Origin: a virus
IMG/VR virus record: IMGVR_UViG_3300049639_000145
Length of the DNA stretch: 45,842 nt
Direction: 5' to 3' (one strand)
Both the position numbers and the translations under genes were made by a program. Shown here in pieces: positions 35,748 to 45,231 of this stretch (position 1 is its first letter; each line of letters begins with the position of its first letter). The notes under the pieces are model-generated. The model had not been told where the DNA came from, searched no databases, and worked only from the letters and a program-made list of their open reading frames with translations.

Positions 35748-36839
35748 TTGGAAATTATTTATAAATCCCCCTCTGAATTAAAACCATTTCAAAAGAACCC
35801 ATATAACCACTCTGAAAAACAATTAACCATGCTAAAGAAGAGTATGAGAGAATTCGGGTTCACTTCTCCTATCCTCATTTCTCAAGATAATATGGTAATT
35901 GCCGGACATGCAAGGTTAAAAGCTGCTCAGGAAATTGGATTATCCGAGGTTCCTACGATTTTTATTGATTTGCCTTATGAAAAGGCGGTTGCTTATGTTA
36001 TCGCGGATAATCAACTTGCTAAACTCGCAGAAGAGGACCGGGATTTATTAGGGGAGTTGTTACAGGGGATTAATGATATTCCTGATTTTGATATTGAGGC
36101 GGTAGGGTTTTCGAGTGATGATATTGATTCTCTTTTAAAAGGTTGTGATGTGGGGGAAGTCGTAGAGGATGAATTCACAGAAGACGAAATAACTATAGAT
36201 ACCGATATAAAAAAGGGGGATTTAATAGAATTAGGGGATCATCTTTTATTATGCGGGGATGCGACTAATAAACACGAAATTGACTCTCTAGTTTCAGATC
36301 ATCGCATATCTATGGTTTTTACTGATCCACCTTACGACATGCCACTAGATCAAGTTTTAAAAGCGTTTTCTGTCACTTCTTCTTATTCAGATCTTCAGTT
36401 CTGGATGGCGAGCGATAAACAACAAATTGAGTTAGTTTATAATAACTTTGATAAATTCACTCATTTTTTTATTCACGATTTTAAATGCGCTACACTCATA
36501 TCCAATTCTCAACCAATGCAGCGACATAATTTAATTGCTAAGTTTGGCAACAGGAAAATGAATAATCTACAAGACGGATTTACAACCATTGTTCAGGTCG
36601 CAACTGAGCGCACTTCTGAAGCTCATAAAATATTTAGAATGGGTAAGCGAGTAGAGCTGCCAGCGCAATTCATTTCTCATTATTCACAAACAGGCGAATA
36701 TATTCTGGACGTTTTCGGGGGATCGGGAAGCACCCTCATAGCATGTGAACAGCTAAAAAGAAAATGTTTAATTAATGAATTAGAGCCTGAAAGATGTGAG
36801 CTTATAAAGAGAAGATATGAGCAATTCAAACAAACATAA
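35748..36839 (+). CDS. ParB-like N-terminal domain fused to N4/N6 DNA methyltransferase
   Basis: NP..H...Q...L..S..EFGF..PILI......IAGH.RL.AA; FTDPPY; LD.FGGSGST..AC. Confidence 0.85.
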   Translation: MEIIYKSPSELKPFQKNPYNHSEKQLTMLKKSMREFGFTSPILISQDNMVIAGHARLKAAQEIGLSEVPTIFIDLPYEKAVAYVIADNQLAKLAEEDRDLLGELLQGINDIPDFDIEAVGFSSDDIDSLLKGCDVGEVVEDEFTEDEITIDTDIKKGDLIELGDHLLLCGDATNKHEIDSLVSDHRISMVFTDPPYDMPLDQVLKAFSVTSSYSDLQFWMASDKQQIELVYNNFDKFTHFFIHDFKCATLISNSQPMQRHNLIAKFGNRKMNNLQDGFTTIVQVATERTSEAHKIFRMGKRVELPAQFISHYSQTGEYILDVFGGSGSTLIACEQLKRKCLINELEPERCELIKRRYEQFKQT

Positions 36840-36905
36840 GTTATTTATACATCCTATACCATATTATGGTATAACGTGGCATAATATGGTATAGGATGGT
36901 TAGAA

Positions 36906-37205
36906 ATGGTAAGCGTATCAGGAAAATGGATCAAAGACAACATTGCAGAACTTGACAACTACATAGATGTTGATGATGAACAGTATGTAAATATATTTGA
37001 AGAATTCGAAACAACTCTTACATTAAAAGGAGTGAGACAGGTAGAACTATGTGGTTATAATAAAAAGTTCTACATTACTCTTCCAGGGTACGGGCTGGTA
37101 GGCGCTAGAGGATACACCGAAGAAAACGAACAGGTGAAGCTAGACAAACTAGCTCCTTCTAACACGATTCACTACAGAAGATGGGTATATGGCAAGGAGG
37201 AATAA
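36906..37205 (+). CDS. Hypothetical protein
   Basis: ORF track. Confidence 0.55.
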   Translation: MVSVSGKWIKDNIAELDNYIDVDDEQYVNIFEEFETTLTLKGVRQVELCGYNKKFYITLPGYGLVGARGYTEENEQVKLDKLAPSNTIHYRRWVYGKEE

Positions 37206-37209
37206 ATAA

Positions 37210-37356
37210 ATGCCAGAAGACTACATTAACTGTGGAGAATGCACAATCAGGCAGGGTAAGCGCGTAGTAATAAGAAGCGATATATGCGAGCGTTACAAAC
37301 TCAAAGAAAATGACGTTATAGAAGTTTTCATAAAGAAGGTTGAGCGCAATGTGTAA
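37210..37356 (+). CDS. 48-aa AbrB/SpoVT-like protein
   Basis: TIRQGKRVVIRSDICERYKLKENDVIEVFI pattern; hand-translated. Confidence 0.55.
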   Translation: MPEDYINCGECTIRQGKRVVIRSDICERYKLKENDVIEVFIKKVERNV

Positions 37357-38089
37357 CGCCATTTATGAAACAAAAGGCAAGGCGCGAGAATACTGCGAAC
37401 TTGCAGCAAATCTTTATAGGGGATGCTCACACGGCTGTATATATTGCTATGCTCCAAGCGCAACATATAGACAGCGCGAAGATTTTTATAATAATGTAAC
37501 ACCTAGATCAAACATTTTAAAACAGCTAGATAAAGACGCAGCAGAACTTCAGCGAAGCGGCGAAACTCGTTCAGTTCTACTGTCTTTTACTAGCGATCCT
37601 TATCAGAAACTCGACGTTAAAGAGAAGCTGACAAGAAACGCAATTAAAATATTACACGCCCACGATTTAAAAGTTACGATACTTACAAAAGGCGGGAGAA
37701 GATCCGAACGCGATTTTGATTTACTAAGTTCAAGACCTGAACTAAGTCTATACGGTGCTACTCTGGTATTTTCTGATGAATCGCTCAGACAAGAAATAGA
37801 ACCCGGCGCAGCACCCACGAAAGAAAGAATACAGTCTCTCGAAATAGCACATGATGAATTCAAAATACCAACGTGGGCGAGTTTCGAGCCAGTATGGACG
37901 GCTGAGCAGTCGTTAGAGCTAATGAAAGAAGCTATGGATTATATTGATATTTTCAAGATAGGAAAACTCAATTACAACCCACAAAGCAAAAATGTAGACT
38001 GGAAACAGTTTGCACACGACGCAATAAAATTAATGAAGGACAATAATAAAAACTATTATATTAAGGAGGATTTGAGGAAATTCCTCTAA
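37349..38089 (+). CDS. Radical SAM protein (SPL-like family)
   Basis: N.YRGCSHGCIYCYA motif, SFTSDPYQ, ILTKG. Confidence 0.85.
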   Translation: MCNAIYETKGKAREYCELAANLYRGCSHGCIYCYAPSATYRQREDFYNNVTPRSNILKQLDKDAAELQRSGETRSVLLSFTSDPYQKLDVKEKLTRNAIKILHAHDLKVTILTKGGRRSERDFDLLSSRPELSLYGATLVFSDESLRQEIEPGAAPTKERIQSLEIAHDEFKIPTWASFEPVWTAEQSLELMKEAMDYIDIFKIGKLNYNPQSKNVDWKQFAHDAIKLMKDNNKNYYIKEDLRKFL

Positions 38090-38108
38090 ATCTTTTTTAA
38101 GTGATCAC

Positions 38109-38522
38109 ATGCGAAAAACTAAACTAACCCCCGACATCCAAAAGAAAATAGGCGATAATATAACGCTAGGTATGCCTCTGAAATTCGCAGCAGAAGCCGC
38201 AGGTATAACAGAAGTCACTTTCTACAACTGGCTAAAACGAGGCGAAAACGAAAGCAAAGGGAAGTTTTTTGAATTCGCCGAACATATAAAAGCTTGCAAG
38301 GCGAAGGCTGTTCAACTGCATCTAAAATTAATAACAAAGGCGGCGACTGATGGGAATTGGCAGGCTAGCGCGTGGATATTAGAGAGGAGGCATCCTGAAG
38401 AGTTTGGAAGGAAGGACAGGCTAGAACTTGATGCTAATATGAAACATTCCGGTGAAGTTAATTTACATACTCTTTCTGACGAAGAATTAATGGAAATAAT
38501 ACAAAATGAATCTAAAAAGTGA
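38109..38522 (+). CDS. terS: Terminase small subunit
   Basis: N-terminal HTH, W.A.AW.LERR.P.EFG motif, directly before terL. Confidence 0.75.
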   Translation: MRKTKLTPDIQKKIGDNITLGMPLKFAAEAAGITEVTFYNWLKRGENESKGKFFEFAEHIKACKAKAVQLHLKLITKAATDGNWQASAWILERRHPEEFGRKDRLELDANMKHSGEVNLHTLSDEELMEIIQNESKK

Positions 38523-40017
38523 AGCTGCCAAACTTCTTTTAAAAAGAAGGAGAGCAAGAAGTAACCTTCTCGATTTCACCAGTTTTACAATGCCAGAGTT
38601 CCGGGTAAGCTGGCATCATAAGTTAGTCGCGTCTAAATTAGATCAATTTGTTAAAGGGGATATAAAAAGGCTTATTATTTCAATGCCCCCTCGACATACT
38701 AAATCTGAATTTGTCTCAAGGCGTTTACCTGCTTATATTTTTGGACTAAATCCAGACGCTAAGATTATATCTTGCTCTTACTCGGCTGACCTCGCTAGTG
38801 CCATGAACAGGGACGTGCAGCGTATTATAGACAGTCCGGAATATAAAGAATTATTTCCCGATACTAGATTAAGTTCTGTGAATGTCAGAACTACCGCGCA
38901 TGAAAGTTACCTCCGAAACAATGACATTTTTGAAATAGTCGGGCACAAGGGAATTTATAAATGTGCTGGAGTCGGGGGATCCATCACGGGCTATGGTTTT
39001 GACTACGGCATTATAGATGACCCCACGAAGAACAGGGAAGAGGCTGAAAGCGAAACATACAGAAAAAAAGTAAAAGAATGGTATATGAGCACATTCAGGA
39101 CACGAAAACAAAAAGGTGCGGCTATTCTTATTACCATGACTCGCTGGCACGAAGATGACCTGGTTGGTTGGCTCTTAGATCTTGCCGAAAAGAATCCTAA
39201 AGCCGATCAATGGGAAGTACTTTCACTGCCTGCACTATCTGAAGAAACCCTTTCACCTTACGACTTGAGAACCGGACCAGGTCAGGCACTCTGGCCTGAC
39301 GAATTTCCAGAAGTTGACCTTCTTAGTACAAAAGAGTCTTTGACAACATATGAATGGCTTTCTCTATATCAACAAAGACCAAGTGCAGCAGCCGGAAACC
39401 TCGTAAAGAAAGAACACTTCAAATACTGCACTCTCGAAAATGGAGTATTAAGCCTCAGCGAAAATAAAAAGTTCATGCTCTCACAGTGCAAAATCTTTCA
39501 AACATGCGACCCTGCAGCTTCCGAGAGATCAACAGCAAATGATTTTGTCTTGGCGACCTGGGCGCAGACTCCTCAGAACGATCTCGCCCTACTTGATATT
39601 CTAAAAACACATCTTGAAACTCCCAGCCACGTCCCCCTATTTGAACAGCAATACACCAAATGGCGACCTCTTCAACAATGGATTGAAACTGATGGTATAG
39701 GTAGAGCAACTTATCAATTATTACGCGATAAAGGGCTCCCAATCGCTGAATTAAAAACGGGTGGACGTGATAAGTTAATACGTTTCATCCCAGCGGCAAC
39801 GAGAATTGCAGCAGGCGATGTCTATTTCTTAGCAGGTGCTCCGTGGTTGAACGAATACGAAACTGAACTTTTAGGATTCCCAAACACTAAACAAAACGGT
39901 CAAGTCGACGTTACTTCTTATGCTTGTCAGGTTGTAATTGAACATCCCTTTGTAGAAATGTCTTATGAAACATCATACGTCGGGACTTCATACAGTTCAG
40001 GGAGCATGAGAATATAA
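38506..40017 (+). CDS. terL: Terminase large subunit
   Basis: MPPRHTKS Walker A, IIDDP Walker B, MTRWHEDDL, DPA nuclease motif. Confidence 0.95.
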   Translation: MNLKSEAAKLLLKRRRARSNLLDFTSFTMPEFRVSWHHKLVASKLDQFVKGDIKRLIISMPPRHTKSEFVSRRLPAYIFGLNPDAKIISCSYSADLASAMNRDVQRIIDSPEYKELFPDTRLSSVNVRTTAHESYLRNNDIFEIVGHKGIYKCAGVGGSITGYGFDYGIIDDPTKNREEAESETYRKKVKEWYMSTFRTRKQKGAAILITMTRWHEDDLVGWLLDLAEKNPKADQWEVLSLPALSEETLSPYDLRTGPGQALWPDEFPEVDLLSTKESLTTYEWLSLYQQRPSAAAGNLVKKEHFKYCTLENGVLSLSENKKFMLSQCKIFQTCDPAASERSTANDFVLATWAQTPQNDLALLDILKTHLETPSHVPLFEQQYTKWRPLQQWIETDGIGRATYQLLRDKGLPIAELKTGGRDKLIRFIPAATRIAAGDVYFLAGAPWLNEYETELLGFPNTKQNGQVDVTSYACQVVIEHPFVEMSYETSYVGTSYSSGSMRI

Positions 40018-40089
40018 TTTTTTCGTTGGTATATTTGCGTTAAGCTTATATGATATTTGTGTTATAACACTTTACACAGGAGGTGAACC

Positions 40090-40260
40090 GTGAAAAAAAG
40101 AAAATTCAAACTTGAAAAATACGAAACCCCCCGAGACATAACTATAAAAAACGTAGTCTACGAAACAGCCGGAACCGTAACAGACCGAGGGTTTGTTTAT
40201 GTCTCATCACTTCCAGAATTCAAAAATAAGAAGGTGATAATGTTAATTCAGGATCAATAA
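40090..40260 (+). CDS. 56-aa DUF2080-like small protein
   Basis: Hand-translated (TVTDRGFVYVSSLPEFKNKKVIMLI); GAGGTG RBS with GTG start. Confidence 0.5.
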   Translation: MKKRKFKLEKYETPRDITIKNVVYETAGTVTDRGFVYVSSLPEFKNKKVIMLIQDQ

Positions 40261-40370
40261 CCCTTTCTCAATTAATCTGTAAGTCCAGAAACATCCAGCC
40301 AGACCAGGGCAACATACAAGGAACTTGTGTTTATTGCGGTCACAGGGATTACCTGATAGAGTCCTCACCT

Positions 40371-40550
40371 ATGGAAGAAGCTCACAGGGAACGACTTAAA
40401 AAGAGGTTCTCGAAACAACCAGAAGTAGACTCGATTCACCGCCAGCAATGCAGACAGGTACTTTTATGCGACTACGAAAACAACCTGCCTGTTAATACGC
40501 AGGCTATGAAGAAGGAAGAATTACGGGCTAAATGGTGGAATGTCCTGTGA
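40371..40550 (+). CDS. 59-aa hypothetical protein; frame is open upstream through a CKSRNI...CVYCG zinc-ribbon-like segment
   Basis: Hand-translated; start is uncertain. Confidence 0.4.
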   Translation: MEEAHRERLKKRFSKQPEVDSIHRQQCRQVLLCDYENNLPVNTQAMKKEELRAKWWNVL

Positions 40551-41224
40551 AACAAACGAACTTACAAACCTTCGGGAAGCCTCCACTCCCACGAGGTTAC
40601 TCTCCTTCCCACATTCTCACGTATCGAAGATGTGAATATAAATTCCTGTTGGCATTTATTTATAAAATCAAAGTGGAAACTAAATTTCAGCCACTATTAA
40701 CAGGGTCTTCGATACATGAAGACATTTCAAAGGGCATTTTTACATCCGAAGCCCCAGAAAGACAAAAAATGTTAAATGTTGCACAGGAATTCCTTTCAGA
40801 AATGCCGGCAAATCCGATATTTGAAACGACTTACGAAGACCCAAATAACCCAGGAATATTCAGAGGGATGATTTTTGGAAAACCGTTCATAGGAATATTT
40901 GATGCTCATTGGGTCGAAGAAAGACAGGGCGTAGACTGGAAAGCAAGCAAGCATAACGAAAAATACGACAGTGATTATGAGATTCAGGCGTACATTCTGA
41001 ATGAATTATTCAAGCAGAAGTACAAACACAACTTGAGGAAGTTCACATTTGTTTTTCTGAAGGATGGTTTCAGATATGAAGCCCAGTCTATATACAATGG
41101 AGCAGTACGAAACAGGACTGAAAAAAAGATTAAAAGTGCTCTAGATGGCATCAGTAATTACGAGTTCAAAAAGAAAAGATCATACGCTTGCCAATGGTGT
41201 GAGTGCAAGGGGCTTTGTATATGA
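40532..41224 (+). CDS. Cas4-like PD-(D/E)XK nuclease
   Basis: SPS....Y..C, GSSIH, G.FDA, VDWK, Q...Y and C-terminal CQWC.....C Fe-S-type cysteines. Confidence 0.8.
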   Translation: MVECPVKQTNLQTFGKPPLPRGYSPSHILTYRRCEYKFLLAFIYKIKVETKFQPLLTGSSIHEDISKGIFTSEAPERQKMLNVAQEFLSEMPANPIFETTYEDPNNPGIFRGMIFGKPFIGIFDAHWVEERQGVDWKASKHNEKYDSDYEIQAYILNELFKQKYKHNLRKFTFVFLKDGFRYEAQSIYNGAVRNRTEKKIKSALDGISNYEFKKKRSYACQWCECKGLCI

Positions 41225-41309
41225 CTGAGGAAGGGCCGTGTTTCCGATGCGGAGAATTGACCGATTTTCACAGCTACCAATCGGAGAGGGGCGAAACTAA
41301 AACATATTA

Positions 41310-42038
41310 TTGCTGCGAAAAATGCGAAGACGAGCTGAGAAAATGAATCCCATAGATAAAGAAATGTACCTGATGTACGCAGAAACAGACGAATACCAAG
41401 AAGCCGTAAGGCAACTTGAGGAGAACGTTTCTAAGGCGTTTTCTGAGTACTCTAATCCTTACGTTGCCTATTCAGGAGGGAAGGACTCTCTTGTAATGTC
41501 TCATGCAGTCTTGCAGGAAAACATAGACACTTTAATTTTTCATTGGGATTATGGGCCGTATTACATGCCTAGAGAACTGGAAAAAGAAGTAATTGATATG
41601 GCGTATAAGATCGGAGCTAAGAAAATTAGAGTAGATAGTACAGAAGTATATAAGCAGAAAAAGAGAGAGGCTATAAGTGTTTTAGGCAGGATGCTCTATG
41701 GTAGAGTACTACCAGGTTTGAAAGCAGAAGGTTACGATTTATCCTTTGTTGGACTTCGAGCTCAGGAAGGATGTAAGCGAGCCAGAAGAGTTTCAGATCT
41801 CTTTGAAAATGATTCAGTACTACCCAATTGTTTTCCAGTCCGTCACATGAAAGCTAGGGATATATGGGCTTATATCGTCAGTAATAATCTACCTTACTGC
41901 TCACATTATGATAAATATGCTTCACTTGTAGGATACGAAGAGGTAAGATTCTGTACTTTCTTTGATAAAGAGTTTGATAAGTACGGGAATTCTAATTTAG
42001 ATGGCGTTTTAATGACTCAATTTAAAAATGTTTTTTAA
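41310..42038 (+). CDS. PAPS-reductase-family (PP-loop adenylyltransferase) protein
   Basis: VAYSGGKDS, GLRAQE...RA, P.....RDIWAYI..N.LPY..HY. Confidence 0.85.
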   Translation: MLRKMRRRAEKMNPIDKEMYLMYAETDEYQEAVRQLEENVSKAFSEYSNPYVAYSGGKDSLVMSHAVLQENIDTLIFHWDYGPYYMPRELEKEVIDMAYKIGAKKIRVDSTEVYKQKKREAISVLGRMLYGRVLPGLKAEGYDLSFVGLRAQEGCKRARRVSDLFENDSVLPNCFPVRHMKARDIWAYIVSNNLPYCSHYDKYASLVGYEEVRFCTFFDKEFDKYGNSNLDGVLMTQFKNVF

Positions 42039-42074
42039 TTTTCCTTTATCACTCTTTTTAAACTTCTTTCCTGT

Positions 42075-43871
42075 ATGCCTTTCCCTAATTTCATATTTTC
42101 AGCTTCCCCAACTCCACAAAATGACCCCCAAACAACTACCGTAGGCGCAAGCGTAGCAACAGAACGAGAACAATTCACCTATCATTCCGACATCTTAAAA
42201 TGGATCTCAGAAACTAAAAATAAACTCCCAAAAGCAACCCCTTCACTCCGAAAAGAAGCATTCCTAGCCGACCCCATGATAAGCGGGACTATTTATCCAT
42301 ACCTAAAAAACGTACTTCTCAAAGACTATAAAATTATCACAAGCGATAATAAACTCTACTCAGAAGCCATAGAAGAAATTACTGACTACCTCGAAGCCCT
42401 TAAAATAATGCAGGTATTCCGCGAGGACTTTCTTGATTATGCTTTTCTTGTAGGACACTCATATAGGAGAGCTGACCCAGATAAACAGGGAAATATTGCA
42501 AGTCTCGGACGGCTGGACCCGGCAAGTATGGAAGTGTACGAAGATCCCTGGGACAGTTCGATTATCGCATACCACCAGAAAGCCCAGGTCAAAACGTCAT
42601 GGTCACAGATGAGTACAACGATAGACGTCGATAGTTGGTTTATCCCATTCGGCGCAGATATCCCGAATATTTATGATACATGGGTCCAGGACAGGGAAAC
42701 CGGAAACAATTTGAAAGTCTATGATCTGTTCGAGACTTATAAAACAAAATATTCAATCAGCGATATCAACAACCTGCGGATAGGCTCATCTGAGCGTATT
42801 TTTGCAATGCATAACGCAGATGTTAAATATACTCAAACTTCAGATGATGATTACAGGGAAACTTATAATCCTGCACCTATTGATTCCGTACTACTTGCGG
42901 TCTGGCTTAAGAGACTTCTATTAGTCAACAGTCCAAATTTAATTTATGTTGTTCTCAGTCCTTTCCTTCATTTGATTTCCGGAGTTCTAAAAGAATCAAA
43001 AGATGCTCTAGGGAACCCTGTAATTATTACATCAAATCCCAGGAAACCGTCTTCAGCATTGCAAACCATTAATTCGGCTCAGTATGCTGCAGAATTAGCT
43101 AACTTTGAAGCCTGGGTCGCTGCCATGAAAGAGGCTTCCAAAGGACTTATCCAGAGTCTTAAGGATGGCGGAGTTTTCACTTCAGGCCCGGATCTGCAAA
43201 TAAAACCCGTCGAATCTTCAAGAACTGTATCTTTCCAGCTTATCCAGGGCTTAATTCAAAATCTCAATGAAGAGATATGTCTAGGGTTTGGGCTACCAAT
43301 TGCTCTTATTTCTGCAAAAGGTACGGAGCTGGCTTCTTCCAGAAATATAGTTCAGATTTTCAACAACATTCAGGCAGGCAAACGTACAGATTATGAAAGT
43401 TTAGCCGACGAACTTATTAAGAAACAGTTTGCCGGTAAAAAATGGACTGTCAAAACTGAAGAAGGAACTGTAACATATTCATTTGAAGATATCAAAGCTC
43501 ATTTCATCTTGGAAACTCCAGATACTAAAAATCTCAAGGAAGAAGCGGAAACTCTCAAATTGAAGGCCGAAACACTCGTACAGGTCAAGGCTCTAGGAGG
43601 CTCCCAGAGCGACGTTCAAGCGTTGGGTGATGAGTACGGCTTCGGGCTATTAGGATTGGACAACTACGAGGCTGCTATTGAGCCACAGACAGCAACACAG
43701 GTTAATGCAATTTTGAAAGCTTGTCTAGTAAGTGTCATGGAGGAGCAGGGGTTAATTTCTGCTTCTCCGACTGCACCGAGCGGATTTGATGAAAAAAAGG
43801 TAACTAAGAGGCTGAAAGAGGCTTACGAGACTGCAAAAGAAACGATGGACGAACTTTTTGAGGAGCATTAA
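42075..43871 (+). CDS. Portal protein
   Basis: 598 aa, downstream of terL and before MuF; helical portal-like layout. Confidence 0.7.
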   Translation: MPFPNFIFSASPTPQNDPQTTTVGASVATEREQFTYHSDILKWISETKNKLPKATPSLRKEAFLADPMISGTIYPYLKNVLLKDYKIITSDNKLYSEAIEEITDYLEALKIMQVFREDFLDYAFLVGHSYRRADPDKQGNIASLGRLDPASMEVYEDPWDSSIIAYHQKAQVKTSWSQMSTTIDVDSWFIPFGADIPNIYDTWVQDRETGNNLKVYDLFETYKTKYSISDINNLRIGSSERIFAMHNADVKYTQTSDDDYRETYNPAPIDSVLLAVWLKRLLLVNSPNLIYVVLSPFLHLISGVLKESKDALGNPVIITSNPRKPSSALQTINSAQYAAELANFEAWVAAMKEASKGLIQSLKDGGVFTSGPDLQIKPVESSRTVSFQLIQGLIQNLNEEICLGFGLPIALISAKGTELASSRNIVQIFNNIQAGKRTDYESLADELIKKQFAGKKWTVKTEEGTVTYSFEDIKAHFILETPDTKNLKEEAETLKLKAETLVQVKALGGSQSDVQALGDEYGFGLLGLDNYEAAIEPQTATQVNAILKACLVSVMEEQGLISASPTAPSGFDEKKVTKRLKEAYETAKETMDELFEEH

Positions 43872-43873
43872 TA

Positions 43874-44701
43874 ATGCCCTTCCTATCCAACTTCTCAAAA
43901 TCCCTAAAAAAAGCCTTCTCTCAAATAGAAAAAACTCAAGCTGAAGCCCTGGCAATTGAAATCTCTGCGAATTTCATAGCAGGCCGGACAGCAGGAGAGA
44001 AACATAAATCTATTCAATCAGCAGAGCCTGAAGACCCAGAAGACGAAGGTTTAACCGAAGAAGAAAAAGCAGAAATTGCCGTGCTTGCTGCCCTATACCT
44101 CGGCTACCTATCAAAATTCAATGACATAGCCCAGGCTCAAATCCTAACCACGACAAAAGAGCTCATAGAACAGGCAGGTGGGCAGGTCACGCCGGAAGTC
44201 CAGGACGAAATTAAGAAGAGGCTGGATGATGTACTGGACGGGCGGGAAAAAGTGGTCATTGATAATGTCGGGAAGGTTCGCAAGGAACTGTATGTAGATA
44301 AGAACTTAAAACTTTCAGAAGTTGAGAAGGTTATTACGAAGAAATATTCAGCATCGGTGAAAACTTATTCTGAGTTATTGGGAGAACAGGCGAGTCATGC
44401 AAGTTATGAAGCTGGAAGGAAGGCCCGACTTATTAAACAGGGCTTTGATAAGTGGGTCTTTGTCGGACCTGCGGATGAGCGAGCGCGACCCTGGCACGTT
44501 GCCCTTTTGGGGCAGATATTCACCTGGGGAACTCTTCAGAGCGACTACGCCGAGAAAGTCCTCCGGGAACCACATTGTAGACATCGAGCACATGTTTATT
44601 ATGGAGATAGCAGGGACACTCCAAAAGAAAAATGGGATAAGCTAAAAAAAGACGCTGGACTTTTTTGGGACGAAGAGGCTAAAACATGGATTCTAAAATA
44701 A
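43874..44701 (+). CDS. Minor head protein (MuF / SPP1 gp7-like)
   Basis: C-terminal W.....DERARPWH..L.G......P..E.P.CR motif. Confidence 0.75.
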   Translation: MPFLSNFSKSLKKAFSQIEKTQAEALAIEISANFIAGRTAGEKHKSIQSAEPEDPEDEGLTEEEKAEIAVLAALYLGYLSKFNDIAQAQILTTTKELIEQAGGQVTPEVQDEIKKRLDDVLDGREKVVIDNVGKVRKELYVDKNLKLSEVEKVITKKYSASVKTYSELLGEQASHASYEAGRKARLIKQGFDKWVFVGPADERARPWHVALLGQIFTWGTLQSDYAEKVLREPHCRHRAHVYYGDSRDTPKEKWDKLKKDAGLFWDEEAKTWILK

Positions 44702-45231
44702 ATTTATAGTTTTTATGGCTATACATTGTAGTATAATTTAGTACATCAATGTAAGGGTAAACTAAGCAGATTTAACAAAATCAAAAACGCATACGGTAAA
44801 AAAGCAATCAAGAGACTTAATTTTGAGTACCTATGTGTTTCTTCAGGTACTTTTTGCTGTGAAGTCTTATGTAATCGGCAGAAAACCTCTTATTCCTATA
44901 GTCTATAGAATGATTGACTTAACAAAAACATAGCTCAAAATTGAGCCGTGTTTAACATATTGAAAACCTTAATTTTAGAAACTAATTTTATTTAGGTTAA
45001 CGTATACTCGAAACGCTATCGAGAGAACAATGTACATAAAAATACATTCTAAATTTGTATTATTCTACACTTAATTATAATATAGTGTTTATGAGTTCAA
45101 TGTACAATATTTGTACATCCTCAAATTTAGACACTAATGTACAATGTTATACAGAGAATTTGAGAAGTATGTTTTTAGGGCATTTCGTAGAGATGGAAAT
45201 GCAAAAAATAGGTAGAAACGTATAGGCAGGT

